A stretch of DNA of 64,000 nt from Candidatus Poribacteria bacterium (GTDB taxonomy: Bacteria > Poribacteria > WGA-4E > PCPOR2b), in assembly GCA_965208675.1 (NCBI GenBank), contig OZ242351.1:2592001-2656000 (forward strand), given 5' to 3'. Position 1 is the stretch's first letter, and the number at the start of each line of letters is the position of its first letter. The notes under the pieces are model-generated. The model ran no database searches. It saw only the letters and a program-made list of their open reading frames with translations, and was not told where the DNA came from. Below, in pieces: positions 19,947 through 30,696 of this stretch. Made by a program: the position numbers and the translations under genes.

Positions 19947-21800
19947 TTGAGGAAGTTTTGTTGTTGGCTGATAATATGTGTATTCTGCTCAATGGTGTTG
20001 CACGCGGCAGCGGAAATAAAGTGGGATGCTGAAAAATTTATGCCCCTGTCAGAAATTAAACCGGGCATGAAAGGAGAAGCGTACACCGTTTTTTCGGGAA
20101 CAACTGTCGAAAGTTTTCCCTTTGAAGTTGTTACCATCGAATACAATTCTTTGCCGCGGTGGCACGTGATTTGGGTTGAAGCGAGCGGGGATAATTATGA
20201 GAAGACCGGTGCTGCCGGCGGGATGAGCGGCAGCCCGGGTTATATCAAAGGACGACTAATCGGCGCCCTCTCGCTCGGCTATTTATACCAGCGGGAAGAT
20301 TCAAACCTCGTCGGCTTTACACCCATTGAATCTATGATTGAGGTAACGCGGCGCGGAATGCAACCGAATATGAGCTATTCCGGCGGTGGACTTTTTGGCG
20401 TTGGCATACATACCGCTTGGAAGCCGTTCGAGCCATTGCCTTCAGTTTCAGATGGTTTTTTTACAACTAAAGAGTCGCTGGAAACACAGTCCATTCCGAC
20501 GGTGGATAGCGGTTCGCCTCTGCTTCAGCTTCCGGTGGCGTTGCCTACGATGAATCCCCAAGTATTAGGATTCCTTAAACCAATTTTCGACAAACATCGG
20601 CTGGCGCCAATGCGTGGAACGGCTGGAGGATCGCCCGTTGAAAGCGCACCCATTGAGCCCGGCCAGATAGTCGGTATGGAATTTTCTCGAGGGGATTTCA
20701 CAGCTTTTGGTTACGGTACAATGACCTATATTGAAGGAAATCAGATAATCGGTTTCGGTCATTCAATGTTTGGAGAAGGTCATGTAAATCTCCCGCTTTC
20801 TGGAGGGTATGTCCATTTTATTCTACCCAGTATTACTCGATCGTTCAAAGTCGCATCCCCGACGAAACCGATAGGCACATTGGTGCAGGATCGCCAAACA
20901 GCCATCGCGGGTTTAACCGGACCGCATCCCAGTTTTATGCCGGTAAGCGCCAGCATTGAAACGACAGACGGGCAAACCCATCCAGTTCGGTATGAGGTGC
21001 TGCGCCATCGTGACTTATCGGCGGCGATCGCAATGACTGGGGTTTGGAATAGCATCAGCGCGCTTGAGATTGATAGCGGCGATCATACCATCAACATAAA
21101 TACGACAATTACACTCCAAGATCAGCCCAATCTCTCATCTCAAGAGATTGTGCGCAGCAATGTTTATTCATCCAGTTTTTCGCCGGGGTTTTGGGCGTTT
21201 CAGGCTTTTTCCCCGTTAGCAAGTCTAATTGGTAATCAATATGAAAAGATTGTGGTTAAAGGAGTTACCGTTGACATCAAAATTGAGGATAAGCGCAAAA
21301 CGGCGGTTATTGAAGCGGTTAGGATAAATAAAAATCGGTATCGCCCGGGTGAGCAAATTGAGGTGATGGTGACCCTTCGCCCTTATCTTGAAGCGCCAAT
21401 TATGCAAGTGGGGCACATTAAAATTCCGGATGACGCCCCTGAAGGATTATCCACACTCCTTGTTGCAAGCGCGGTGTCCCATGAAGCCTGGCAGCGAACC
21501 CGCGCCCCGCTGAACTACTACCCAAAAAATATCAATCAACTCATCCAACTGTTGCAACACAACCCTAGCAATAATAATATTATACTTGAGATTTTTATCC
21601 CGAAAATTGGCATGACTGTTCAAGGGCGAGAATTCCCGGAACTCCCTTTGTCTATGCTCTCGGTCATGAGTTCGCCCAGCCAGTCTGGTGAAGGAGGCTA
21701 CACGCGCGGGACTACCTTGCATATTCAAGATGTCCCGACGAAGTACGTTATCTCTGGTGGACAATTTGTACGATTCACCGTAGACCGAAACGCCCCATAG
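19947..21800 (+). CDS. SpoIVB peptidase S55 domain protein (secreted)
   Basis: MPLSEIKPGMKG, GGMSGSP and IGFGHSMF motifs. Confidence 0.9.
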   Translation: MRKFCCWLIICVFCSMVLHAAAEIKWDAEKFMPLSEIKPGMKGEAYTVFSGTTVESFPFEVVTIEYNSLPRWHVIWVEASGDNYEKTGAAGGMSGSPGYIKGRLIGALSLGYLYQREDSNLVGFTPIESMIEVTRRGMQPNMSYSGGGLFGVGIHTAWKPFEPLPSVSDGFFTTKESLETQSIPTVDSGSPLLQLPVALPTMNPQVLGFLKPIFDKHRLAPMRGTAGGSPVESAPIEPGQIVGMEFSRGDFTAFGYGTMTYIEGNQIIGFGHSMFGEGHVNLPLSGGYVHFILPSITRSFKVASPTKPIGTLVQDRQTAIAGLTGPHPSFMPVSASIETTDGQTHPVRYEVLRHRDLSAAIAMTGVWNSISALEIDSGDHTININTTITLQDQPNLSSQEIVRSNVYSSSFSPGFWAFQAFSPLASLIGNQYEKIVVKGVTVDIKIEDKRKTAVIEAVRINKNRYRPGEQIEVMVTLRPYLEAPIMQVGHIKIPDDAPEGLSTLLVASAVSHEAWQRTRAPLNYYPKNINQLIQLLQHNPSNNNIILEIFIPKIGMTVQGREFPELPLSMLSVMSSPSQSGEGGYTRGTTLHIQDVPTKYVISGGQFVRFTVDRNAP

Positions 21801-21846
21801 TCCATTGCCAATCTTCAATTAGCCATTAAGAGGAGGAAGTTTCTTC

Positions 21847-23925
21847 ATGAGGCATTATCGTGTTCTTTGTCTGTTGGGATTCATAGCCATACTATTGGTT
21901 GCCGCAATTGGAACGGCGTTGGCAGTGAAAACGTCCGTGTGGGAACAATACCGCCATCGTGATTTTGAAGCCGGAACCGGTAAAGATGTATCGATTTCAA
22001 GCAAAAACGACGTCGTTTTGTCCCCTAAACTGGACGCTGTTTTCACAGATATAGAGCAGATTTACATTTGGTGTCTAGCCGAGGATTCTAAAGGAAACAT
22101 CTACGCGGGTACTGGCAATCAGGGGAAAATCTATAAGATTAATCCCGAAGGTCAATCATCGCTCTTTTACGACTCGCCAGAGGTTGCAATATTGAGTCTT
22201 GCTATAGACAAAAATGACAACCTTTATGCTGGCACGGCGCCTGATGGCTTAATTTATAAAATCTCCCAAGAAGGTGTTCCACCAAATACTCTTCTTAGTT
22301 CCGAGGAAAAGTTCGTTTTTGCGCTGACGTTTGATGATGCCGGAAATCTATATGCAGCGACGGGAACAAACGGCAAGATTTACAAAATCACGCCTGAGGG
22401 TGAAAACAGCGTCCTGTTTGACTCTGAAGAGAGTTCCATTATGTGCCTGCTGTACCACCAAGGCGCTCTGTACGCTGGAAGTGAGGGTAAAGGTGTCATT
22501 TACCGAATAACACCCGATGGATCGGTTTCAGTTGTATATCAGACGGGACAAAAAGAGGTCCGCACGCTGGTTGTAAATCCCCAAGGCACCATCTACGCTG
22601 GTACCGTCACAACTTCTCCACCGAAGCCGGGCGCACCGCCAAGCGGTCCTCCTCCGCCAGGCGCGCCGCCCGAAGAAAAGAAGTCACAGCTTTATCAGAT
22701 TAATCCTGACGGCGTGGTCTCCATGATTTGGGCGGCACCAGCCCCATTGATTCTGTCAATGGTTGTCGAAGCGGATAATCAACTCTTGGTTGGAACAGGG
22801 GACGACGGAAAGGTTTTTCGAGTCAATACGGATGGGGACTTTACGTTATTGGGAAAATGCGATGCAAGTCAGATTCTTGCAATGCACCGGAGCACAGATG
22901 GCAAACTCACCTTGGGAACAGGCAATGCCGGTAAATTCTTTGAACTGAAAATCGATCGCAATTCATCGGGAACACTAGAATCTGTAGCTCATGATACGCG
23001 ACTCATTTCGCGGTGGGGGAAATTATCGTGGGAAGGACTTTCGCCGGAAGGTACTTCAATTTCGTTCGCTACGCGTACGGGCAACACTGGAAAACCGGAT
23101 AACACTTGGAGCGATTGGTCAAGCGCACTGACAATCCCGGAAGGTTCTCAGATAACGAGTCCAACAGCACGATTCATCCAATGGCGTGCAACACTTACGA
23201 CGAGCGCTCCGTCAACGACTCCAATTCTAAAAAGAGTAGCTGTTGCATCTGTCCAATCAAATGTCGAGCCTCGTTTTACTTCAGTTGAGATTCATCGCGG
23301 AGATAAACCCAAAGGCTCCGGCAGACCCCCTGATGTAAGTCCTCCGGGAGAAAACAGAGCCCAAAGCCAAGCTGAAAGCAATAATGGGAAGCGGCGGGCA
23401 ACCTGGAAAGTAGAAGATGCGAACAATGATACCCTGCAGTTCACCATCTACTACAAAAGCATTGATGAGACAAATTGGAAACTACTCAAAAAGAAATTGG
23501 ATCAGCCTAACTACACCTGGGATACGACATCAATGCCCGACGGACGCTACACCCTGAAAATTCAAGCGACGGATAAGCTAAGCAACCCGCCTAGTTTCGC
23601 AAAAGCTTCTGAGAAAATCAGCGATCCTTTTGACATTGATAATACACAGCCAGCAGTAGGCAATATCGCTGCGACTGCCAACGGAGATGATACATTTCAA
23701 ATCGTGTGTTCGGTTGAGGACGCGATGAGTTATATTCAAAAGGCGGTTTATAAAATCGACAACGATGAACATTGGAAGGTCATGTTTCCGGCGGATGGAA
23801 TCTTCGATTCCAAGCGGGAAGAACTTATGGTTCAAACGGAGACACTGCCGGCCGGTGAACACATCATAACAATTCAGGCTACTGATGCAGAGGGAAATAC
23901 GTCTGTTGGGCGGGGGAAGTTCTGA
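21847..23925 (+). CDS. Secreted beta-propeller repeat protein with C-terminal Ig/FN3-like domains
   Basis: Repeated GNxYAGT...GKIYKI units; WDTTSMPDGRY; directly follows the S55 gene. Confidence 0.85.
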   Translation: MRHYRVLCLLGFIAILLVAAIGTALAVKTSVWEQYRHRDFEAGTGKDVSISSKNDVVLSPKLDAVFTDIEQIYIWCLAEDSKGNIYAGTGNQGKIYKINPEGQSSLFYDSPEVAILSLAIDKNDNLYAGTAPDGLIYKISQEGVPPNTLLSSEEKFVFALTFDDAGNLYAATGTNGKIYKITPEGENSVLFDSEESSIMCLLYHQGALYAGSEGKGVIYRITPDGSVSVVYQTGQKEVRTLVVNPQGTIYAGTVTTSPPKPGAPPSGPPPPGAPPEEKKSQLYQINPDGVVSMIWAAPAPLILSMVVEADNQLLVGTGDDGKVFRVNTDGDFTLLGKCDASQILAMHRSTDGKLTLGTGNAGKFFELKIDRNSSGTLESVAHDTRLISRWGKLSWEGLSPEGTSISFATRTGNTGKPDNTWSDWSSALTIPEGSQITSPTARFIQWRATLTTSAPSTTPILKRVAVASVQSNVEPRFTSVEIHRGDKPKGSGRPPDVSPPGENRAQSQAESNNGKRRATWKVEDANNDTLQFTIYYKSIDETNWKLLKKKLDQPNYTWDTTSMPDGRYTLKIQATDKLSNPPSFAKASEKISDPFDIDNTQPAVGNIAATANGDDTFQIVCSVEDAMSYIQKAVYKIDNDEHWKVMFPADGIFDSKREELMVQTETLPAGEHIITIQATDAEGNTSVGRGKF

Positions 23926-24080
23926 GATTCATACTATCATAATCCAGCGCACCCCGCAGCAGGCGGAACGCGAGTTGTTCATACCGCAAACTTGAGAATG
24001 AGGAGTGCCTGCCTACATAGCTCTTTCGAAGATTGCCTCAGTCGGATTCGCCTCCCAAGCCGCAATTAAGTCACGCTAAT

Positions 24081-25130
24081 TCAGGTGCTTTCAAGATTAG
24101 GGCACAGACAGATTTTTCCGAAATTTTCTCTATTTTCAAGGGCGCGATGCGCCTCTGCCGCCGCTTGTAACTGCAGCACACGATCGACAATAGGGGATAA
24201 TTTTCCGCCCTCTGCAAGACGAATGATTGTGCGCAGTTCAGATGTTGATCCTAACGCCGATCCAAGAATGGTCAATTGCCGCTGATAAATCTTGCGAATA
24301 TTGATGCGTGCGGTATTTCCCGTCGTAACGCCGCACGTAACAAGCCGCCCATTTTTCGCAAGGCTCGCCATACTCTCCTCCCATGTCGCCGATCCAACAT
24401 GCTCAAACACAATGTCAACACCTCGATTATCTGTCATTTCCCGGACGGCTTTACTGAAATCGGTTTGTGTATAGTTAATTGTAAAATCTGCACCCATCTG
24501 CCGCGCACGCTCGAGCTTTTCATCCGTGCTGGCAGTAGCAATAACGGTAGCACCGCACAACTTGGAAATTTGCAGTGCTGCGCTGCCAACGCCGCTTCCG
24601 GCGGACAGAATAAGTACGCTTTCACCGGGGTGAAGCTGCGCCCGACTGATTAGCATGTGCCATGCGGTGAGGTAAGCCGTTGGAATTGCGGCAGCGTGTG
24701 CGTAGGCGAGCTCTGATGAGATTGGAATCACATTTTTGGCGGGGGCTTTGACATATTCTGCATAGCCGCCATTGGTTTGAAAACCCAAAATTTCTTGGAA
24801 GTCACACATGTTCTCATCGCCGTTGAGGCAATCCCTGCACTCGCCGCAAGAGATACATGGCGACAAAACAACACGATTTCCAACAGCAACATTGCGGACA
24901 TCTGAACCTACCTCCACCACGTCGCCGGCAATGTCCGATCCAAGAATGTGCGGGAACGGCTGAACCTCCGGACGATCGCGGCGCGCGGATATGTCGAGGT
25001 GATTCACCGCGCATGCTTTAACTTCAACCAATACTTCTGATGGGGCGATGACCGGAACAGGAACATCTTCATAAAGAAGTTTGTCTACGCCGCCCTGTTC
25101 GTAAAAAACGACTGCTTTCATATCGATCAT
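24081..25130 (-). CDS. Zinc-binding alcohol dehydrogenase/quinone oxidoreductase (MDR family)
   Basis: NHLD, structural Zn motif CGECRDC...C, AGSGVG, FGKICL. Confidence 0.92.
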   Translation of the reverse strand: MIDMKAVVFYEQGGVDKLLYEDVPVPVIAPSEVLVEVKACAVNHLDISARRDRPEVQPFPHILGSDIAGDVVEVGSDVRNVAVGNRVVLSPCISCGECRDCLNGDENMCDFQEILGFQTNGGYAEYVKAPAKNVIPISSELAYAHAAAIPTAYLTAWHMLISRAQLHPGESVLILSAGSGVGSAALQISKLCGATVIATASTDEKLERARQMGADFTINYTQTDFSKAVREMTDNRGVDIVFEHVGSATWEESMASLAKNGRLVTCGVTTGNTARINIRKIYQRQLTILGSALGSTSELRTIIRLAEGGKLSPIVDRVLQLQAAAEAHRALENRENFGKICLCPNLEST

Positions 25131-25133
25131 TCA

Positions 25134-25949
25134 TCAACCATATGCTCCGCGCTCAAGGAAACCGAGGAGACGGCGCAGCCGTGGATTTGCATTTGTGTAG
25201 ATATTTTCAGGCATGATGTAATTCATAAACGGGTAGTATTTATGTCCGATTATTCGCCGGGCATAAGTAACTTGTGTGATGTAGCGCGTCCGTTCGCTTT
25301 GATTTGGCCCCCCGCGATGGCAAACTTGATTGTTGAACATCACAACGCTGCCAGCTGCTCCTAGATTGTAGTGAATCCGACTTTCCCATTCCGTGCCTTC
25401 CAACGCGGCAGGCAGCTGGGCGCCAAGCAGATGAGAACCTGGTATAACCTCTGTGCCGCCGTATTCTTTTGCGGTAACATCTGTCAAATAGTAATTCGCC
25501 GTAAAAAAAAGGACTGGCAGGTGCACGTTCGTAGGCGGCTCACCGTCATTGACAACATAGTGGGGAGCGTCGTCCTGATGCCAGTTCGTAATACCGCCCC
25601 CCGGAAGGCATCGAAAAGAATTATTGTGGATGACGTGACAGTTGGCAGCAACAAGCGCCTCGGCAAAACTAACAATGGGCTCAAGATCGAACAACCTGAG
25701 ATTGGCTTGACTGTGTTCGAACATCCGGTGGCACAGTTGGATTGTATTGCTAGTGATGTTGAGACCGTCCGGGTTTTCTTGCAGCGCCCAGTCTAAATCT
25801 TCACGCAACTCGGCACACCACGCTGGCGGCAGTACATTCTCAATAAACAAAAAACCGTTTCGGTGGAACTTTTCAACCCATTCCTGAATCATTTCCTCAC
25901 TGACAATTTGGTTGGCTAAGTAAGTTTCAGGCTCTGAAATTGCGCGCAT
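25134..25949 (-). CDS. Phytanoyl-CoA dioxygenase (PhyH) family protein
   Basis: WHQD, GGTEVIPGSH and HRGGPN facial-triad motifs. Confidence 0.9.
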   Translation of the reverse strand: MRAISEPETYLANQIVSEEMIQEWVEKFHRNGFLFIENVLPPAWCAELREDLDWALQENPDGLNITSNTIQLCHRMFEHSQANLRLFDLEPIVSFAEALVAANCHVIHNNSFRCLPGGGITNWHQDDAPHYVVNDGEPPTNVHLPVLFFTANYYLTDVTAKEYGGTEVIPGSHLLGAQLPAALEGTEWESRIHYNLGAAGSVVMFNNQVCHRGGPNQSERTRYITQVTYARRIIGHKYYPFMNYIMPENIYTNANPRLRRLLGFLERGAYG

Positions 25950-26194
25950 TTGAGATTCCCTTATCCGAATTGGATATGATTATGTGATAAATCTGGCAAG
26001 CTAGGGTTTGGGTAATGAGTTGAGAATCGGCATTAAACCCGATTTCGTGCGCCAAGAGGATACCATCAGATCCGGAAAAATTCAACAGATTTAATGATTT
26101 AAGCGAGACGCTATTCAATAAACAATCTGTCTTTCCCATCGTCTTATTAAAGCAATGCACCAAGATCCATGTACGTCGACGAAGGAATCAATCG

Positions 26195-28138
26195 ATGATA
26201 GAACGATTAAACAAAGCGCGATCCTCTCGTGCACTTCTCATCTCTTTGGTAATTCATCTTTGTCTACTCATCGCATGGACAATTGTAATTTATCGCCAGC
26301 AGGAAGAAGATTTGAAGGACGCAGTTGCCGTTGAATTCGTTGACGAAGAAGACTTGCCCCAGCCGCGTCGAAAGGTGCTTAAACCCTTACCACGCCTTTT
26401 TGTTCCACGTCAAGACCATGCACCGGTGCCAGACCAACCGCAAACCGTCAAGTTGCAGGCTACCCAACATCCTATTAACGAAACCTTAAATCTATCAGAA
26501 CGCCTTTTACAGCACAGCGCATCAGTCAATCAGAGCAACCCTCAAGACAGACTGCCCGATGTCATGACAGCAACGCAGCAACTCAACAGCCGCGAAGTAA
26601 GTATCCCTTCGGTTTCAACCCTCGCCCTACCTGATGATGGGGACGGCGTAAAAAGTTTCCGACAACGCGTTCAAGGGAATGGATCCGGCGGCCTTGATAT
26701 GTTTGAATCGACAGGCACGGCAGACGTAGGTCCGATCGGAAGCCGTTCAGGCGGAGGCGGCATAGTACCAGACGAAAATCCTTTCGCAGAAGCATTGCGC
26801 GAAATCGCCGAGCATGTCATCAATACACGGCAAAAAGATAGGGTTAATGTCGTGTTTGTGCTTGACACTAGCGCAAGTATGCGGGATAACATTCAACAGG
26901 TCGCCGATTACCTCTATGCTATGACTGATGCATACACCGACATTAATCTCGAATATTATCTTGGTATGTTAGAATTCAGTGTGAAACAGGGAGGACAGTC
27001 CGTAAAAACAATTCCGCTTATGCCGGATGTAGCGCTGCTGCGCCACCGAATGAAGAACGTTCAGCTAAGTGGCGACGAACGTGCGCTCGACGCATTGATG
27101 TCAACCTTGAGTTTTATTCAATTTCATGGAGACGCTGACAAACATTTGGTGTTGGTGACAGATGAACCTGCCACAACGAGTTTGCGAAAAGCCGGTGCAA
27201 TCAAGGAGATGCGTGAGAAGGTGTTAGACAATTACACATCGCAAGACATTCACGTCAACGTTCTAGGTCACACTGACTCATTTCAGCAACGCCTTGCCGA
27301 AGCAACGGATGGGCTTTGGCAAGAGATACCGGGTGGGACTTCCAAGCCAGGAAGTCTACTAGCAGCACACCATTCGAATGACAGGCGGGTGCGTGAAAAC
27401 GTAAAGTTACAGAAGTTACTCGGAAATGTGCGAAAAATTGTTAAAGAAATCGCTCGTGGAGGTCATAATTCGAATCCTGAGGCCCATATGCAACCCTCTC
27501 ACCAAAGCGGCGGCGAGTTCCCAGCGTCGCAGGACGCACGGCATTTGCTGGCGAATGAAATAGAAACGACACCGGCAGGTGTTCCAAGAATAAGGGCGGC
27601 GCCAAAATTCAATCACGCAAAGGTTGACGTTATAATAATGCTTGATTGCAGCCGTAGTATGAGCAGAAAAATGGAATCAGTTATGTTCAGCATAAGTGAA
27701 TTTCTTGGAAAATTGGACCTCCGGCCGATTAACTATCGAATCGGGCTGATTCGTTTTGCGGAAGCGAAGGACGCCATCAAATCAATTGATGGAACTGTTG
27801 TCACGCAGATGCCAATTAGCAAAGGGTTGTTAAAAAGACTTACGAATATTCCCTTCGGAGGCGATGAACATTTTATCGACGCCGTCGTAGAGGGGTTACC
27901 CCAGATTCGCTTTCGTTCCGATGCGAGGCGTGCTCTTTTAGCTTTTACAGATGAACCCAGCACAGGTAACCATTCCCCACAACAAGCGATTGAAATCTGC
28001 CAATCCTTGGGCGTTCGGGCTTATGTCATTGGCATCACCGGTGATGGCAGCGATTTTCAATCAATGCTAGCTCAAAAAACGCATGGCCTCGCCTTCCCAA
28101 TGCCCAATAGCTTCTCTAAACCATATCCCTACCAATAA
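26195..28138 (+). CDS. Membrane-anchored protein with two vWA domains
   Basis: N-terminal TM helix; MIDAS motifs VLDTSASM and MLDCSRSM, each followed by a TDE motif. Confidence 0.85.
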   Translation: MIERLNKARSSRALLISLVIHLCLLIAWTIVIYRQQEEDLKDAVAVEFVDEEDLPQPRRKVLKPLPRLFVPRQDHAPVPDQPQTVKLQATQHPINETLNLSERLLQHSASVNQSNPQDRLPDVMTATQQLNSREVSIPSVSTLALPDDGDGVKSFRQRVQGNGSGGLDMFESTGTADVGPIGSRSGGGGIVPDENPFAEALREIAEHVINTRQKDRVNVVFVLDTSASMRDNIQQVADYLYAMTDAYTDINLEYYLGMLEFSVKQGGQSVKTIPLMPDVALLRHRMKNVQLSGDERALDALMSTLSFIQFHGDADKHLVLVTDEPATTSLRKAGAIKEMREKVLDNYTSQDIHVNVLGHTDSFQQRLAEATDGLWQEIPGGTSKPGSLLAAHHSNDRRVRENVKLQKLLGNVRKIVKEIARGGHNSNPEAHMQPSHQSGGEFPASQDARHLLANEIETTPAGVPRIRAAPKFNHAKVDVIIMLDCSRSMSRKMESVMFSISEFLGKLDLRPINYRIGLIRFAEAKDAIKSIDGTVVTQMPISKGLLKRLTNIPFGGDEHFIDAVVEGLPQIRFRSDARRALLAFTDEPSTGNHSPQQAIEICQSLGVRAYVIGITGDGSDFQSMLAQKTHGLAFPMPNSFSKPYPYQ

Positions 28139-28536
28139 GCCTTCACGATCTCAACAAAGTCAGTTAATCTGACAACTTACCGTAAATGCGAAGTTTGCGA
28201 GTATCACGTTAAATTTGCCAAGTTTATATGATTAACGAATGACTACTACTACTCACCGGAGGCATGCAAAAATTGCACAATTATGAAAAATTTGCACCAT
28301 GAATTCAACGCTCATCGGCAATCAGAGGTCATGCCTGAAAAACCAACTTCATACGTTAGGAGTATAAACAGAAGCCTACCCAATTGATACCGTGAAGGAC
28401 GCCCTTATCCATCCTGCATAGTGTTTGCCATTGGTAATGGCACGAAAAATAACGCCATTCCTAAAGCGCTAAACCACCCCGTGAACTATCCCCTTAGAAC
28501 ATGGAATGAAATTGACAATCCCCGAGTTATGGTTAT

Positions 28537-28551
28537 TGGCATAATTCTTGC
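28537..28551 (+). promoter_or_regulatory. Putative sigma-54 (-24/-12) promoter
   Basis: TGGCATA-N4-TTGC ~50 nt upstream of 28602; TGCA-N5-TGCA-like sites at 28265-28296. Confidence 0.6.
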
Positions 28552-28601
28552 GCCTTCATGCTTTTAAAGTCAGCGATTTTTAGCGGAATAGGTGACCATA
28601 A

Positions 28602-29180
28602 ATGGCGCAGGAATTACAACGCAAAGGCATTCACCTGATTGGACTAATCGTCCCTATTGTCTATTCGTTCACCGAACAGCGTACAATAATCGTCATTGTC
28701 GGCATACTTACTCTCATCGCTCTGCTGATAGAGCTATTGAAATGGTTGTCGCCGTCGTTTCTCAATTTATTCGTCCGGATATTTTCCCCAATGTTACGCC
28801 CTCAAGAACGAAAAGGAGGGTTTACCGGCGCGACATACTACCTTATTGGATCGTTTGTTTGCGTATTTGTTTTCGATAAAACGCTTGCTATCGTTTGCAT
28901 CTGTTTTCTCATATTAGGGGATTTGTTTGCAGCCATAATCGGCAAACAATGGGGACGAACAAAGCTAATTTCGCAAAAAAGCTTAGAGGGTAGTCTCGCG
29001 TGTTTCACGGTGTGCGCATTGATTGCACTATTGATGAAAATCCATCCGATTATTGCGCTCACTGGAGCTGCCGTGGCGACACTGATTGAACTCTTCCCGC
29101 TTGGATTGGATGACAATGTGGCAATGCCGTTAATTTCGGGCGCCGTGATGCACCTGATGATTAACAATTGGCAGTTTTAA
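28602..29180 (+). CDS. SEC59/DGK1/VTE5 family polyprenol/phytol kinase
   Basis: RKGIHL, GDLFAAIIGKQWG, KSLEGS and DDN motifs. Confidence 0.9.
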   Translation: MAQELQRKGIHLIGLIVPIVYSFTEQRTIIVIVGILTLIALLIELLKWLSPSFLNLFVRIFSPMLRPQERKGGFTGATYYLIGSFVCVFVFDKTLAIVCICFLILGDLFAAIIGKQWGRTKLISQKSLEGSLACFTVCALIALLMKIHPIIALTGAAVATLIELFPLGLDDNVAMPLISGAVMHLMINNWQF

Positions 29181-29480
29181 ATTCTGCGTACCATTGCCCT
29201 TACTCCGCGCTTCGCTTCCTCCCTTGTTGCGTTTCCTCCGATTTCCTCAACCGTTGAACGGACTCGCGCATTCACCCGCTTGGCACCATACTAGCGAATA
29301 AATTCCCCAAACCACAAATTAAGCCGCTGATTCGGACTGGTTGTGATAATCCGTCGTACCTTGTCGAAATTCTGTTTTCAATTACGGCTATGCTATGTTA
29401 AAATGTAGCTATTCATCTCCTGCAGGGAAATCCCAACCCAAGTTTTATGCCCGCATTTCCGTATCGCCGCACTGTTCTTC

Positions 29481-30599
29481 ATGGCAAAAATCGGTCTTGA
29501 ACACATTACAAAACGCTTTGGCAACGTCGTTGCCGTCAATGATTTAACCGTCGAAATCCATGATGGGGAATTTTTCTTTTTGCTAGGGCCGTCCGGCTGC
29601 GGCAAGACTACGACACTTAGAGTAATTGCTGGGTTGGATGGTTCCGATGAAGGCGCTATTTTCATTGATGGGAGACAGGTAAATCATCTGCAGCCCGCGG
29701 ATCGAGACATCGCGTTTGTATTTCAATTTTACGCGCTTTATCCACACCTGACCGCCTATGACAACATCGCATTCCCGCTCAAAGCGGTAAAAGTGCCCAA
29801 ACCCGAAATCCGGAACAGGGTAGGAGAGGTCGCATCAACCTTGCAAATTGAGCACCTTCTGAACCGAAAGCCGGGAAATTTGAGCGGCGGCGAAATGCAG
29901 CGTGTCGCACTTGGCAGAGCGATGGTACGCCGTCCGAGAGCGTTTTTGATGGATGAACCGATGGCAAACCTCGACGCGAAGCTTCGGGTCGATACGCGTT
30001 CAGAACTCAAACACCTACAGCGTGAAATCGGAACAACGACGGTCTTCGTCACTCACGACCAGGTCGAAGCCATGTCAATGGCAGATCGAATCGCCGTCAT
30101 GCACGAGGGCGTGTTACAGCAGCTTGGCGCTCCACAGGAAGTTTACAACCAGCCGAAAAGCCTGTTTGTCGCTGAATTCATGGGAAGCCCATCAATGAAT
30201 TTGATTGATGGAGAGATTCAATCGCAAGCCGGAGAATCTATCTTACAATTGACCCACACCGATATCGGATTACCGATATCCGGCAAACAGATGGCACGAG
30301 TTCAACGCGAAGCCACAAACAACAAACTGGTTTTCGGTGTCCGTCCCGAACACATTGTTGTATCCAAAGAGCCAATCAATGGAAAAATTCAGGCATCGGT
30401 ACATCTTGTAGAATCCCTAGGGTCAGCCAATATTGTTGATACTTTCGTCGGAGAGAATTCAGACGCGGGCAATTTGATTGTATTTAGGGCACGCACTCAT
30501 CCCGCATTTCAAGTAGAAACCGGACAATCTGTTTGGCTGGATTTTGACGAGCAACACACCCACCTTTTCGACCGGTATACAGGAAAAGCTATCCGCTGA
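29481..30599 (+). CDS. Carbohydrate ABC transporter ATP-binding protein (MalK/UgpC-like)
   Basis: GPSGCGKT, LSGGEMQR, MDEP and THDQ motifs. Confidence 0.95.
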   Translation: MAKIGLEHITKRFGNVVAVNDLTVEIHDGEFFFLLGPSGCGKTTTLRVIAGLDGSDEGAIFIDGRQVNHLQPADRDIAFVFQFYALYPHLTAYDNIAFPLKAVKVPKPEIRNRVGEVASTLQIEHLLNRKPGNLSGGEMQRVALGRAMVRRPRAFLMDEPMANLDAKLRVDTRSELKHLQREIGTTTVFVTHDQVEAMSMADRIAVMHEGVLQQLGAPQEVYNQPKSLFVAEFMGSPSMNLIDGEIQSQAGESILQLTHTDIGLPISGKQMARVQREATNNKLVFGVRPEHIVVSKEPINGKIQASVHLVESLGSANIVDTFVGENSDAGNLIVFRARTHPAFQVETGQSVWLDFDEQHTHLFDRYTGKAIR

Positions 30600-30696
30600 T
30601 TGCCGCTAGAGTATTCGATTGGTGTGCATGAAAAATGCCCGTTACGATTGAATTTTAACTCTAAATTATTTAGTGTGAGCGGGGCGTGTTAGAGGG

